NCBI GenBank assembly: GCA_003560665.1
Contig: PWKK01000023.1
Location: 110,417-174,416 of the forward strand
DNA length: 64,000 nucleotides
Source of the DNA: Candidatus Nealsonbacteria bacterium
GTDB lineage: Bacteria > Patescibacteriota > Minisyncoccia > Minisyncoccales > PWPS01
Reading direction: 5' to 3'
Position 1 is the stretch's first letter, and every line of letters starts with the position of its first letter. The notes under the pieces were generated by a model that saw only the letters and a program-made list of their open reading frames with translations, did not search any database and was not told where the DNA came from. This document shows positions 47,653 to 57,424 of the stretch, piece by piece. Both the position numbers and the translations under genes were made by a program.

Positions 47653-49517
47653 AATCAGCTGAAATAAGAAAAAGGTTTCTCGAATTTTATAAAAAAAGGA
47701 AACATGTCGTTATTCCTCCCGTTTCTCTGATTCCGGAAAAAGATTCAACTCTGCTTTTTGTTAATTCGGGAATGTTTCCGTTGGTCCCTTATCTAATGGG
47801 AGAAAAGCATCCGGAAGGAAAAAGACTGGCAAATTCGCAAAAATGTTTTCGTAGTGACGACATAGAGGAAGTCGGCGACAAAAGACACACTACTTTTTTT
47901 GAAATGCTTGGTAACTGGTCCCTCGGAGATTACTTTAAAAAGGAACAGTTAAGGTGGGTTGCCGAGCTTTTTTTCGATGAACTGGGACTTGATCCTGAAA
48001 GAATATACGTTTCCGTGTACAGAGGAAACAAAGAAATCGGAATCGAGAGAGATACGGAATCCGTAGAAATTTGGAAAGATATCTTCCAGGAAAGAGGATT
48101 AGAGGCGAAAGACGTTGATTTTGCCGAAAAGAAAGGAATGCAAGAAGGAAGAATATTTTATTACGAGGATAAAGAAAACTGGTGGTCACGTGCAGGGGCT
48201 CCGGAAGATATGCCAGTCGGGGAGCCCGGTGGACCGGACAGTGAACTTTTTTACGACTTAGGAAAAAGTCTCGGCTATCACGAAGAATCCCCCTGGAAAG
48301 ATCAGCCTTGTCATATCAACTGTGACTGTGGCCGTTTCATCGAAATAGGGAACAGTGTTTTTATCGAGTTTGTAAAGCGGGAGAAAGGATTTGAAAAACT
48401 TCTTCAACAGAATGTTGATTTTGGGGGAGGATTGGAAAGGATTGCGATGATTGCTCAAGAAAAGAAGAGCGTTTTTGAAACGGATCTTTTTCTTCCGATA
48501 ATAAAAAAGATAGAGAATCTTTCCGGAGCTAAATATCAGGAAAACACGAAATCGTTTGAGATTATTGCCGACCACATAAAAGCTTCTGTGTTTATCATTG
48601 GCGATGAGAGGGGGATTTCTCCATCTAACAAGCAACAAGGATACTTTGTAAGAAGATTAATCAGGAGGGCGATTCGACACGGAAAACAGCTTGGTGTTAA
48701 ATCCGATTCTTGGCTTCAGGATGTTGCAAGAGAAGTTGTCGAGATATACAAAGATGTATACCCGGAAGTAAAAAAGAACAGCGATTTTGTCTTTAAAGAA
48801 ATGGAAAAAGAGGAATCCGTTTTCCAAAAAACACTGGAGAGAGGGATAAAAGAGTTTGAAAAACTAAAGGGGGAGAAGATCATTGACGGAAAAAAAGCGG
48901 CTTTTCTCTACCAAACATACGGTTTTCCGGTGGAGTTGATTGAGGAGTTGGCTCGAGAAAGAGGTCAAAACGTAGATGTGAAAGAATTTTACAGAGAGAT
49001 GGAAAAACACAAAAATCTTTCAAGAGAGCTTTCGGCAGGAGTTTTCAAGAGTGGGCTGGCGGACGGAGAGGAGAAAACAGTTAAATATCATACCACTACA
49101 CACCTTTTGCTTTCGGCACTGAGAAAGGTTTTCGGCGATAGTGTTGTCCAAAAAGGAAGCAACATTACTTCCGAAAGACTGCGCTTTGATTTTTCACACA
49201 AAGAAAAGCTTACAGAAGAGGAGATAAAAAAAGTGGAAGACTTGGTTAACGAGATGATTGAAAAAGACTTGTTTGTTAAAAAAGAAGAGATGGGCTTGCA
49301 AGATGCGTTGGATTCGGGGGTTGTTGCCTCGTTTGGCGAAAAGTATCCTTCGAGGGTTTTGGTTTATTCTATTGTTGATGATAATGGAAAAGAGTTTTCT
49401 CGAGAGATTTGTGGCGGTCCGCATGTTGAGAAAACATCGGTTTTAGGCAAGTTTTCTATTAAAAAAGAAGAAGCTTCTTCGGCGGGAGTAAGAAGAATAA
49501 AAGCGATACTGGAGTAA
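47649..49517 (+). CDS. alaS: Alanyl-tRNA synthetase, minimal form (catalytic and editing domains, no C-Ala domain).
   Basis: MKSAEIRKRFLEFY, FFEMLGNWSLGDYFK, and the editing motifs HTTTHLL and CGGPHV. 622 aa. Confidence 0.85.
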   Translation: MKSAEIRKRFLEFYKKRKHVVIPPVSLIPEKDSTLLFVNSGMFPLVPYLMGEKHPEGKRLANSQKCFRSDDIEEVGDKRHTTFFEMLGNWSLGDYFKKEQLRWVAELFFDELGLDPERIYVSVYRGNKEIGIERDTESVEIWKDIFQERGLEAKDVDFAEKKGMQEGRIFYYEDKENWWSRAGAPEDMPVGEPGGPDSELFYDLGKSLGYHEESPWKDQPCHINCDCGRFIEIGNSVFIEFVKREKGFEKLLQQNVDFGGGLERIAMIAQEKKSVFETDLFLPIIKKIENLSGAKYQENTKSFEIIADHIKASVFIIGDERGISPSNKQQGYFVRRLIRRAIRHGKQLGVKSDSWLQDVAREVVEIYKDVYPEVKKNSDFVFKEMEKEESVFQKTLERGIKEFEKLKGEKIIDGKKAAFLYQTYGFPVELIEELARERGQNVDVKEFYREMEKHKNLSRELSAGVFKSGLADGEEKTVKYHTTTHLLLSALRKVFGDSVVQKGSNITSERLRFDFSHKEKLTEEEIKKVEDLVNEMIEKDLFVKKEEMGLQDALDSGVVASFGEKYPSRVLVYSIVDDNGKEFSREICGGPHVEKTSVLGKFSIKKEEASSAGVRRIKAILE

Positions 49518-49683
49518 AAATCGGGATTGCTATTTTCGTTAAAATAAGGTAAATTAGACACCAATGAGAAAAAAAGTAATTGATATATATCCACCCTCTG
49601 GAAAAGAAGGATGAAAAAAGAAGGATTACCACGGAGTAGCTGGAAAAGAAAATGCTAAAAAGGGATGGTTTATTCCTGTTTTT

Positions 49684-50775
49684 TTGCTTTTTGCTCTTGT
49701 GCTTGGATACTTTTACTACAACTCTTACCGGACAGAGATTATCATATATCCAAAAACAGAAGAGTTTCGCGGGGAAGAAGAAGTTTTAGTGAGAAGTTCC
49801 GGGGCTCTTGGAGAAGGAGAGTTAAGGGGAGTGGTGCTTAGCGAGAGAGTTTCTGATACTCGTGATTTTCCGATAGAGGGAAGAAGGTTGATAGAAGAAA
49901 AAGCAACGGGAGAAATCAAAGTTTGTCAGGACTATCGAGACTCTTCGGTCCCCTTTAGAGAAGGAACGAGATTTGTCTCAGACGGAGGAAAAACATTTTT
50001 AGCGAAAGATTCTTTTACTCTTCCCTCAAGGCAAGAAAATGACGGTTGTAGCATGGTTGGTGTGATTGCCGGTGAGGCGGGAGAAGAGTACAACATCCAT
50101 TCTGATTCAAAGTTCGCTCTGCCCGGGCTTGAAGGAACAAATATTTACGGGAATGTAAAGGGGGTTTCGTTTACTCTGGAAAAAGAAGGAGTAGCAAGAG
50201 AAGTTCCTTATCTTGACGATGATACAATGGAAAGAGCGGAAGAGGAAATGAAAAGAGACCTTTTTGAAAAAGGAAGAAAAATAATAGAGGAAGAGTATGA
50301 AGAAGAGTACTGGCTTGAGAGTGAAGCTCAGTATGTGGTAGAAGTTGCTGAAAGAGATTTTACGGAAGAAGAAGAGGAGGAAGATGCAGAAAAATTCCAC
50401 TTTACATTAGACGTCGATGTTCGAGTAATTGCGGTACAAAAAGATAATTTGGACCGATTTATCACAACCTTTTTGCCCGAAAACCACACTTGGCGGGAAG
50501 AAACAGAGGAAATAAACGTTGAGTTCACAAGAATAAATTTTGAAGAGGGAGAAGCGGATGTTTCGATTAGTTTTACAGCGGAGATTTACGAGAGGGTTGA
50601 TAAAGAAGAGTGGCGACGAGAGCTTGCCGGACTTGATTTTGTCGAAGCGGAAAGGTTGCTCGAAGAAAAGATTCCGGAGGGAAGTGTGAGCATCAAAACA
50701 CGTCCTTTTGGTTTCAATAGAATATCGGGTTCGCTAAACAGAGTAGAGGTGTTGTTGGAGTTTGACAAAAATTAA
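49684..50775 (+). CDS. Hypothetical acidic protein with an N-terminal signal-anchor. The start is uncertain: the ORF opens with TTG, and there is an ATG at 49652 in the +2 frame across a T7 homopolymer.
   Basis: ORF of 363 aa, hydrophobic N-terminus, E/D-rich body, no known motif. Confidence 0.5.
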   Translation: MLFALVLGYFYYNSYRTEIIIYPKTEEFRGEEEVLVRSSGALGEGELRGVVLSERVSDTRDFPIEGRRLIEEKATGEIKVCQDYRDSSVPFREGTRFVSDGGKTFLAKDSFTLPSRQENDGCSMVGVIAGEAGEEYNIHSDSKFALPGLEGTNIYGNVKGVSFTLEKEGVAREVPYLDDDTMERAEEEMKRDLFEKGRKIIEEEYEEEYWLESEAQYVVEVAERDFTEEEEEEDAEKFHFTLDVDVRVIAVQKDNLDRFITTFLPENHTWREETEEINVEFTRINFEEGEADVSISFTAEIYERVDKEEWRRELAGLDFVEAERLLEEKIPEGSVSIKTRPFGFNRISGSLNRVEVLLEFDKN

Positions 50776-50795
50776 AAAAATGTTATTCTTAGGCG

Positions 50796-51014
50796 TTGTT
50801 AATGAGTTCTGACACTAACAAAGTAAAAGGAGTTGTTTTAGAGGCATTACCCAATATGCATTTTAGGGTCAAACTTGATGATGGACCGGAAATAGGGGCT
50901 CATTTAGCGGGAAAGTTAAGAATTCATCGAATAAAGGTTCTTCCTGGAGACAAAGTAACGGTAGAAGTGAATGATTACGACAAAACCAAGGGAAGGATTG
51001 TTTATCGCGGATAA
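50796..51014 (+). CDS. infA: Translation initiation factor IF-1.
   Basis: S1-like fold; [22 protein letters not shown]. Confidence 0.9.
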   Translation: MLMSSDTNKVKGVVLEALPNMHFRVKLDDGPEIGAHLAGKLRIHRIKVLPGDKVTVEVNDYDKTKGRIVYRG

Positions 51015-51131
51015 AGGCAGTGTGCTTAGAGTTTCCGGAAATTATTTCCGGGGCCGTTTGTTTTTTATTTGTGTGAAATTCTTTTTCCGCGTTTTCTCGC
51101 GGAATTAAATTATTAAAATTAAGTAAAAAGA

Positions 51132-51245
51132 ATGAAGATACAGTCGTCAGTAAAGAAAATTTGTCGAGACTGCAAGGTTGTTCGAAGAAAGAACAGGGTT
51201 TATATTATTTGTAAAAACAAAAGACACAAACAAAGACAAGGGTAA
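51132..51245 (+). CDS. rpmJ: 50S ribosomal protein L36 (37 aa, absent from the ORF track).
   Basis: [37 protein letters not shown], with the C-x2-C-x12-C-x4-H pattern. Confidence 0.9.
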   Translation: MKIQSSVKKICRDCKVVRRKNRVYIICKNKRHKQRQG

Positions 51246-51258
51246 GATAAATGAAAAA

Positions 51259-51645
51259 ATGAGAATTTCAGGAGTAAATATACCAAAAGAAAAAAGAGTA
51301 GTTGTTTCTCTCACCTATGTTTTCGGCATCGGGCCTTCTTTAAGTAGGGATGTACTAAAGGAGGCGAAGGTTGATCAGTCAAAGCGAGTTAAAGACTTGA
51401 CCGACGAAGAGATAAAAAAAGTGAGAGAGATTATTGAAAAAAAACACAGAACGGAAGGAGAGCTTCGTCGAGAAAGAAGAGACTCTATTGAGAGGTTGAA
51501 ACGCATTGATTCCTATCGCGGATCAAGACACAAAAAAGGTCTTCCTGCCAGAGGACAAAACACAAGAACAAACAACCGCACTTTAAGAGGAAACGTCAGA
51601 AGGGTTGCCGGATCGGGAAAGAAAGCTCCTCCGGCGGCAAAGTAA
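51259..51645 (+). CDS. rpsM: 30S ribosomal protein S13.
   Basis: MRISGVNIPKEKRVVVSLTYVFGIG. Confidence 0.95.
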   Translation: MRISGVNIPKEKRVVVSLTYVFGIGPSLSRDVLKEAKVDQSKRVKDLTDEEIKKVREIIEKKHRTEGELRRERRDSIERLKRIDSYRGSRHKKGLPARGQNTRTNNRTLRGNVRRVAGSGKKAPPAAK

Positions 51646-51670
51646 AATAATTTATGAGAAACATTGTTTC

Positions 51671-52120
51671 ATGGGCAAGAAAAGAGTAATAGAAAAATCG
51701 GAAAAAGAGATTATCCAAGAAAAGGATAAGACTGATGCTTCCAAAAAAAAGAAGTTGAAGACAAAAAGAAAGGGACTTGATTACGGATGCATTTATATCT
51801 CTGCTTCCTATAACAACACGATGATGACCCTTACCGATAAACAGGGAAAAGTTTTGTCTTGGGCCACTGCCGGTAATTTAGGATTTAAAGGAACGAAAAA
51901 AGCAACCCCCTACGCGGCCTCAGAAGTTGCAAATACTCTTTGTGAGAAAGCGGAAAAAATGGGAATGAAAGAGGTGGATGTCTTTGTAAAAGGGGTGGGG
52001 AGCGGAAGATCTTCAGCGCTTCGGGCTTTGGCTGCCAGAGATGTTATTATAAATTTGATTAAGGACATCACCCCTATTCCTCACAACGGGTGCCGTCCGA
52101 AAAAACCCAGAAGAACATAA
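51671..52120 (+). CDS. rpsK: 30S ribosomal protein S11.
   Basis: IYISASYNNTMMTLTD...GVGSGRSSALRAL. Confidence 0.95.
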   Translation: MGKKRVIEKSEKEIIQEKDKTDASKKKKLKTKRKGLDYGCIYISASYNNTMMTLTDKQGKVLSWATAGNLGFKGTKKATPYAASEVANTLCEKAEKMGMKEVDVFVKGVGSGRSSALRALAARDVIINLIKDITPIPHNGCRPKKPRRT

Positions 52121-52125
52121 TTACT

Positions 52126-52758
52126 ATGATAAAAACTGCAGAATGTAAAAAATGTCGTCGTGCAGGGGTAAAGCTTTTCTTAAAAGGTGAAAAGTGCGAG
52201 TCTCAGAAATGCCCGATGATAAAAAAACCTTACCCGCCCGGACAAAAGCCGAAAAGAAGAAAGGGCCATACTTCTCAATACGGAAAAGAGCTTGCCGAAA
52301 AGCAAAAGCTACGTCGGTGGTATAACTTACAGGAAAAACAACTTCTCAGATATGTAAAATCTGTTATTGAGAAGCAGAAAGAGACAGAGTCTGCCGGAGA
52401 TCAGCTTTTAAGGAGGTTGGAAGAAAGGATGGACAACATGGTTTACCGCTCTGGATTTGCTTCCTCAAGGTCACAAGCAAGACAGATGATAACCCACTGC
52501 TTTTTCCATGTTAACCAAAAGCCTGTTGACAGGCCCTCATGCAGAATAAAACAGGGAGATGTAATCTCTGTTCGCCCGGGGAAAAAGAAAAAGATTATTT
52601 TTGGAAACTTCAGTGAAACAATGAAAAACTTTACTCCTCCAGCATGGATTTCACTGGATAAAGAAAAAATGGAGGCGAAAGTGATTGGCGGTGCGGTAAT
52701 CGATGAAGTCGCTCCCCCAATAGAAATTTCCTCTATATTTGAGTTCTATTCTAGATAA
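52126..52758 (+). CDS. rpsD: 30S ribosomal protein S4.
   Basis: CKKCRRAGVKLFLKGEKC. Confidence 0.9.
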   Translation: MIKTAECKKCRRAGVKLFLKGEKCESQKCPMIKKPYPPGQKPKRRKGHTSQYGKELAEKQKLRRWYNLQEKQLLRYVKSVIEKQKETESAGDQLLRRLEERMDNMVYRSGFASSRSQARQMITHCFFHVNQKPVDRPSCRIKQGDVISVRPGKKKKIIFGNFSETMKNFTPPAWISLDKEKMEAKVIGGAVIDEVAPPIEISSIFEFYSR

Positions 52759-52771
52759 ATAATAAAAAAAT

Positions 52772-53725
52772 ATGATCTCACTACCATCAAAACCAAAAAT
52801 TGTGGAGAAAAAAGAAGAAAACAAAGCGCTTTTTGAAATAGATTCTCTTTACCCTGGATACGGCACAACTATCGGAAACAGTTTAAGGCGCGTTCTTCTC
52901 TCTTCTCTTAGCGGTGCGGCGGTTACAAAGGTAAAGATAGATGGGGTAAATCATGAATTTTCCACTATTCCTGGTGTGATGGAAGATGTGATTACAATTA
53001 TTCTTAACTTAAAAGAACTTCGTTTTCGTATTCATTCCGATGAGCCGCAAACAATAAAGATCAGAGAAAAAGGAGGTGGTGATGTAAAGGGCTCGCACCT
53101 GCAACTACCGACACAAGTAGAGCTTGTTAATCCCGAGGCACATATTGCTACACTTACTGACAAAAAAGCTTCTTTAGAAATGGAGATAGAGGTTGAAAAA
53201 GGGACGGGTTATTCTTCCTCGGAAGATAAAAAGGAAGAAAAGCTTGAGGTGGGTCAGATTCTCGTTGATTCTCTTTTTACTCCAGTCAAAAGAGCCAACT
53301 TTTATGTTGAGAGCATGCGCGTTGGAAAAAGAACCGATTTTGACCGACTTTTCGTAGAAGTAGAAACAGACAGAACAATTTCTCCCGAAGAAGCTCTCTT
53401 TCAGGCGGTTGATATTTTGGCCAAGCATTATTCAATACTCTCTTCTTTTTCAGAGGTGGAAGATAAAGAAGAAAAGAAAGCGGCAAAAAAGAAGGACAAG
53501 AAAAGCGAGAAAAAAACAGAGAACAAGGAAGAAGAAATGGAAGTTGATGAGTTGGACATTTCTACGCGTACGGCAAATGTTTTAAAGGAAAACAGGATAA
53601 AAAAAGTGAAGGGTCTTTTGAAAAAAACAGAGGAAACAGTTGCTTCTCTAGAGGGGATGGGAGATAAGGGAGTTGAAGAAGTGAAAAAAGAACTGAAAAA
53701 GAAAAAAATGGAACTGAAAAAATAA
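52772..53725 (+). CDS. rpoA: DNA-directed RNA polymerase alpha subunit.
   Basis: YGTTIGNSLRRVLLSSL, and a C-terminal CTD-like region. Confidence 0.9.
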   Translation: MISLPSKPKIVEKKEENKALFEIDSLYPGYGTTIGNSLRRVLLSSLSGAAVTKVKIDGVNHEFSTIPGVMEDVITIILNLKELRFRIHSDEPQTIKIREKGGGDVKGSHLQLPTQVELVNPEAHIATLTDKKASLEMEIEVEKGTGYSSSEDKKEEKLEVGQILVDSLFTPVKRANFYVESMRVGKRTDFDRLFVEVETDRTISPEEALFQAVDILAKHYSILSSFSEVEDKEEKKAAKKKDKKSEKKTENKEEEMEVDELDISTRTANVLKENRIKKVKGLLKKTEETVASLEGMGDKGVEEVKKELKKKKMELKK

Positions 53726-53727
53726 AA

Positions 53728-54075
53728 ATGCCCAGAATAAAAAACAAAAGAAGATTTGGTCGAAAAAGAGATCAGCGCCGAGCGCTCCTTCTTTCTCTTT
53801 CCCGTGCCCTTGTTTTGCAAGAAAAGATAGAAACAACGGAGGCAAAGGCGAAAGAGCTGAGATCTTTTGCCGAAAAGTTGATAACTCGTGCCAAAGAAGA
53901 CACTCTTTATAACAGAAGAGTTTTGACGAAAAGACTATCAGAGGACGTCGCAAAGAAGCTTATAAAAGAGATAGGACCGAGATACAAGGATCGTTCGGGA
54001 GGATATACCAGAATTACGAAGCTCGGGCAAAGACAGGAGGATGGCGCAAGAATGGCCGTTATTGAGCTGGTATAG
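53728..54075 (+). CDS. rplQ: 50S ribosomal protein L17.
   Basis: Position after rpoA and family pattern. Confidence 0.9.
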   Translation: MPRIKNKRRFGRKRDQRRALLLSLSRALVLQEKIETTEAKAKELRSFAEKLITRAKEDTLYNRRVLTKRLSEDVAKKLIKEIGPRYKDRSGGYTRITKLGQRQEDGARMAVIELV

Positions 54076-54094
54076 ATTTAAGTAAAATAAATTT

Positions 54095-54466
54095 ATGATG
54101 GAAAAAACCTCCAATCAAGTAGAAAGAAAAACACATGTTGTTGATGTTACAAAAAGGCCTCTCGGCAGGGTTGCCACGGAGATAGCGGTGCTTTTGATGG
54201 GGAAGGACAAAGAGAATTACAGACCACACGAAGACAAAGGAGGATTTGTCACGGTTAAGAATATTGAAAAAATAGTTTTGACAGGAAACAAGAGTGAAGC
54301 GAAAGAGTATTACTATCACAGCGGATACCCGGGAGGACTAAAAAAGGTTTCTTATAAAAAAATGCTTGAAAAAGGACCCGGAACCGCACTAAAAAAGGCG
54401 GTTTACGGAATGTTGCCCAAGAATAAATTAAGAAAAGAAAGAATAAAAAGACTCTCAATAGAATAA
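54095..54466 (+). CDS. rplM: 50S ribosomal protein L13.
   Basis: HVVDVTKRPLGRVATEIA. Confidence 0.9.
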   Translation: MMEKTSNQVERKTHVVDVTKRPLGRVATEIAVLLMGKDKENYRPHEDKGGFVTVKNIEKIVLTGNKSEAKEYYYHSGYPGGLKKVSYKKMLEKGPGTALKKAVYGMLPKNKLRKERIKRLSIE

Positions 54467-54467
54467 A

Positions 54468-54917
54468 ATGCCTACCAAAGAAAAAACAAAAACTAAAACT
54501 GAAACGAAGACAAAAAGCAAGAAAAAGGAAAAATACTATCAAGCGGTGGGAAGAAGAAAAAAAGCCACCTCTGTTGTCCGTCTTTATGAAAAAAAAGACG
54601 GAGGAATAACGGTTAACGGGAAAAAATTTGAAGAGTATTTTCCGGAGTTTAGTTCACAGAAAAAGGTGAGGGAACCCCTTGAGGAATTGGATTTAATGAA
54701 AAAGTTTTCCGTTTCGGCGAAGGTTTTGGGAGGGGGAGTGAAGTCACAGGCGGAAGCGGTTCGACACGGAATTACACGTGCACTGGTTTTGTTTGATGAA
54801 AGTCTTCGCAAGCAACTGAAATCCACAGGATATCTTACTCGAGATCCTCGAATGAGAGAAAGAAAGAAGCCGGGATTGAAGAGAGCAAGAAGGGCTCCAC
54901 AATGGAGAAAGAGGTAA
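54468..54917 (+). CDS. rpsI: 30S ribosomal protein S9.
   Basis: YYQAVGRRKKATSVV...PRMRERKKPGLKRARRAPQWRKR. Confidence 0.95.
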   Translation: MPTKEKTKTKTETKTKSKKKEKYYQAVGRRKKATSVVRLYEKKDGGITVNGKKFEEYFPEFSSQKKVREPLEELDLMKKFSVSAKVLGGGVKSQAEAVRHGITRALVLFDESLRKQLKSTGYLTRDPRMRERKKPGLKRARRAPQWRKR

Positions 54918-55035
54918 AATTTAACAAAAATCAACACCTCCCCACGTGTATCATAAGAGTGTGCGTGGGGATTTGCTATTTGTGCTTCTCTGTATTATAA
55001 TGACGCAGCAGGAAACCCTTATAAAAACAAGGAAG

Positions 55036-56328
55036 ATGACTGATAAATTAATTATTGAAGGCAAAAGTAAGCTAGAGGGAGTTATTGATGTAAAAGGATC
55101 AAAAAACGCCGCTACTCCGATTATTGCTGCAACCCTTCTTACCTCTTCTCCGTGTATTTTGGATAATGTCCCCCTTGTCGGTGATGTGGAGAAGATGCTT
55201 GAAATTGTAAAAAAATTAGGCGCGGAGGTAGATTTTATAGAAAAAAGAAAAGTAAAGATTACTGCTAAAAATATCAGCCCGGAAAAACTGGACTTTGATA
55301 TGATTAACAAGATGAGGTCCTCCATTCTTTTTATAGGACCTCTTCTTGCTCGTTTCGGGACAGTAAGAATTCCTCAGCCGGGAGGTTGTATTATCGGTTC
55401 ACGTCCGATAGATTTTCACATCAACGCTTTTTCTAAAATGGGAATAACAATTGAAGAGTTTGGACTAAAGAAGAACGGATCAAGAAGCTCGAATGTTTAT
55501 CACTTTAACGCTCCAAAGGGAGTCAAGGGAAAAGAGGTTGTTTTTGACGGATTTTCCGTAACAGGGACGGAAAACGTGATGATGGCGGCTACCTTGGCAA
55601 AAGGGAAAACAACGATAAAAATTGCCGCTACTGAACCACATGTTCAAGATTTGGCACTGTTTTTAAAAAAAATGGGCGCGAACATCAAAGGAGAAGGAAC
55701 AAGCACAATCGAAATAAAAGGAAGAAAAGAGCTTACCGGAGCAGAGCATTTTATCTGCTATGATTATATAGAAGCAGGAACACTTATTATTCTCGCTGTT
55801 GCCACAAAGGGAAGTGTGTGCATAGAAAATGCACCTGTAGAGAACCTGAAACTTCTTTTAAATAAGTTGAAAAGCTCCGGAGCAAAGCTGAAAATAGGGA
55901 AGAGTAGTGTGGTTGTTTCTCCTGGAAAAAAGCTTGTTATTGACAGAGTGCAGGCTATGCCTTATCCCGGAATCCCAACCGACTTGCAGGCACCGATAGG
56001 GGTACTTTCCACACAAGCGGAAGGACTTACCCTTATTCACGATCCAATTTTCGAAGGAAGACTGAAGTATTTGGAAGAGCTCAACAAGATGGGGGCGGAG
56101 ATTGTAATTTGCGATCCGCACAGAGCGATAATTAACGGACCAACCAAATTACATGGCGGTAAGCTCGACCCGTTAGATCTTCGTGCTGGAGCGGCAATTA
56201 TTATTGCGGGTCTTGTCGCTGACGGAACAACCGTTATCAGAGATGTCACGCAAGCTGACAGAGGGTATGAGGAGATTGATAAAAGGCTTTGTAAAATAGG
56301 AGCAAGAATAAAAAGAATAAATCGGTAA
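55036..56328 (+). CDS. murA: UDP-N-acetylglucosamine 1-carboxyvinyltransferase.
   Basis: KLIIEGKSKLEGVIDVKGSKNAA and the active-site loop region. The start was chosen at the ATG with an AGGAAG RBS. Confidence 0.9.
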   Translation: MTDKLIIEGKSKLEGVIDVKGSKNAATPIIAATLLTSSPCILDNVPLVGDVEKMLEIVKKLGAEVDFIEKRKVKITAKNISPEKLDFDMINKMRSSILFIGPLLARFGTVRIPQPGGCIIGSRPIDFHINAFSKMGITIEEFGLKKNGSRSSNVYHFNAPKGVKGKEVVFDGFSVTGTENVMMAATLAKGKTTIKIAATEPHVQDLALFLKKMGANIKGEGTSTIEIKGRKELTGAEHFICYDYIEAGTLIILAVATKGSVCIENAPVENLKLLLNKLKSSGAKLKIGKSSVVVSPGKKLVIDRVQAMPYPGIPTDLQAPIGVLSTQAEGLTLIHDPIFEGRLKYLEELNKMGAEIVICDPHRAIINGPTKLHGGKLDPLDLRAGAAIIIAGLVADGTTVIRDVTQADRGYEEIDKRLCKIGARIKRINR

Positions 56329-56420
56329 TTTAAGTTTTGGAACGTGGAATCTGAGGCACGGAATCAGAAGAGGGAGATTTCAGTCTTGCCTTCCGTATTA
56401 AACGTTTTATATTATAAATT

Positions 56421-57422
56421 ATGTTTTCACGAAAAATAGGAATTGACTTGGGGACTTGTAACTCACTTGTCTTTGCACCGGGAAAAGAGATTATTTTAAA
56501 CGAACCTTCGGTTGTTGCGGTTGGTGTTTATGAGAACAAGATTCTTGCTGTCGGAAAGGAGGCAAAGGAGATGACCGGCAGAACACCCGATGAAATCAAG
56601 GTTTACCGCCCTCTCAAGGATGGAGTGATTGCCGAATACAGGATAACGGAAGCAATGTTGCGTTACTTTATTCAACGGTCTCCCGGGTTGAAGATTATCA
56701 AACCGGAGCTTATGATTGGTGTTCCTGCAGGAATAACATCGACGGAGAAAAGAGCTGTTATCGAAGCAGGCATTTCTGCCGGAGCGAGAGCGGTCTATAC
56801 GGTTAAGGAGCCTATTTTGGCTGCCATCGGTGCTGGCATTCCGATAGCTTCGTGCTCCGGTCATATGGTTGTCGATATCGGTGGTGGAACTACCGAGATA
56901 GCGGTTATTTCACTGGGAGGAATAGTTGTTGCGCGATCAGTCAGAAGCGGGGGAGACAGTATGGATTTTGCAATCTCGAACTATATCAAAGAGAAGCACA
57001 ATGTTGCCCTTGGTGAAAAAAGCATTGAAGATGTGAAAACAAACATCGGTACGGCAATCAAGGAAAAGGATCAGAAAATAATGGAAGTACGCGGAAGAGA
57101 TCTTATCTCCGGACTTCCAAAGACGATTAAAGTTTCCTCTAATGAAGTTCACGAGGCGATATCTGGAACGCTGGAAGAGATTATAAAAGTTGTCAAACAG
57201 ATATTGAGAGAAACGCCACCTGAGCTTTCAGCCGATATTATGGACAAGGGGATGGTTCTTACGGGAGGGGGAGCTCTTTTGGCTAATATTGACGTTCTCG
57301 TTACCGAGAAAACGGGAGTGCCTTCTTTTGTTTCCGAAGAGGCTCTTCTTTCCGTCGCACGAGGAGCAGGAGTTGTACTTGATAATTTGGACACTTACAA
57401 GAGAAGTATCATGAGTAGGTAA
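56421..57422 (+). CDS. mreB: Rod-shape / actin-like protein MreB.
   Basis: IGIDLGTCNSLVF, DIGGGTTEIAVIS. Confidence 0.9.
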   Translation: MFSRKIGIDLGTCNSLVFAPGKEIILNEPSVVAVGVYENKILAVGKEAKEMTGRTPDEIKVYRPLKDGVIAEYRITEAMLRYFIQRSPGLKIIKPELMIGVPAGITSTEKRAVIEAGISAGARAVYTVKEPILAAIGAGIPIASCSGHMVVDIGGGTTEIAVISLGGIVVARSVRSGGDSMDFAISNYIKEKHNVALGEKSIEDVKTNIGTAIKEKDQKIMEVRGRDLISGLPKTIKVSSNEVHEAISGTLEEIIKVVKQILRETPPELSADIMDKGMVLTGGGALLANIDVLVTEKTGVPSFVSEEALLSVARGAGVVLDNLDTYKRSIMSR

Positions 57423-57424
57423 TT

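Noticed and set aside
56329-56420. Near-repeat GGAATCTGAGG / GGAATCAGAAG upstream of mreB.
   Set aside because: A short, imperfect, single pair. It is insufficient to call a regulatory repeat.
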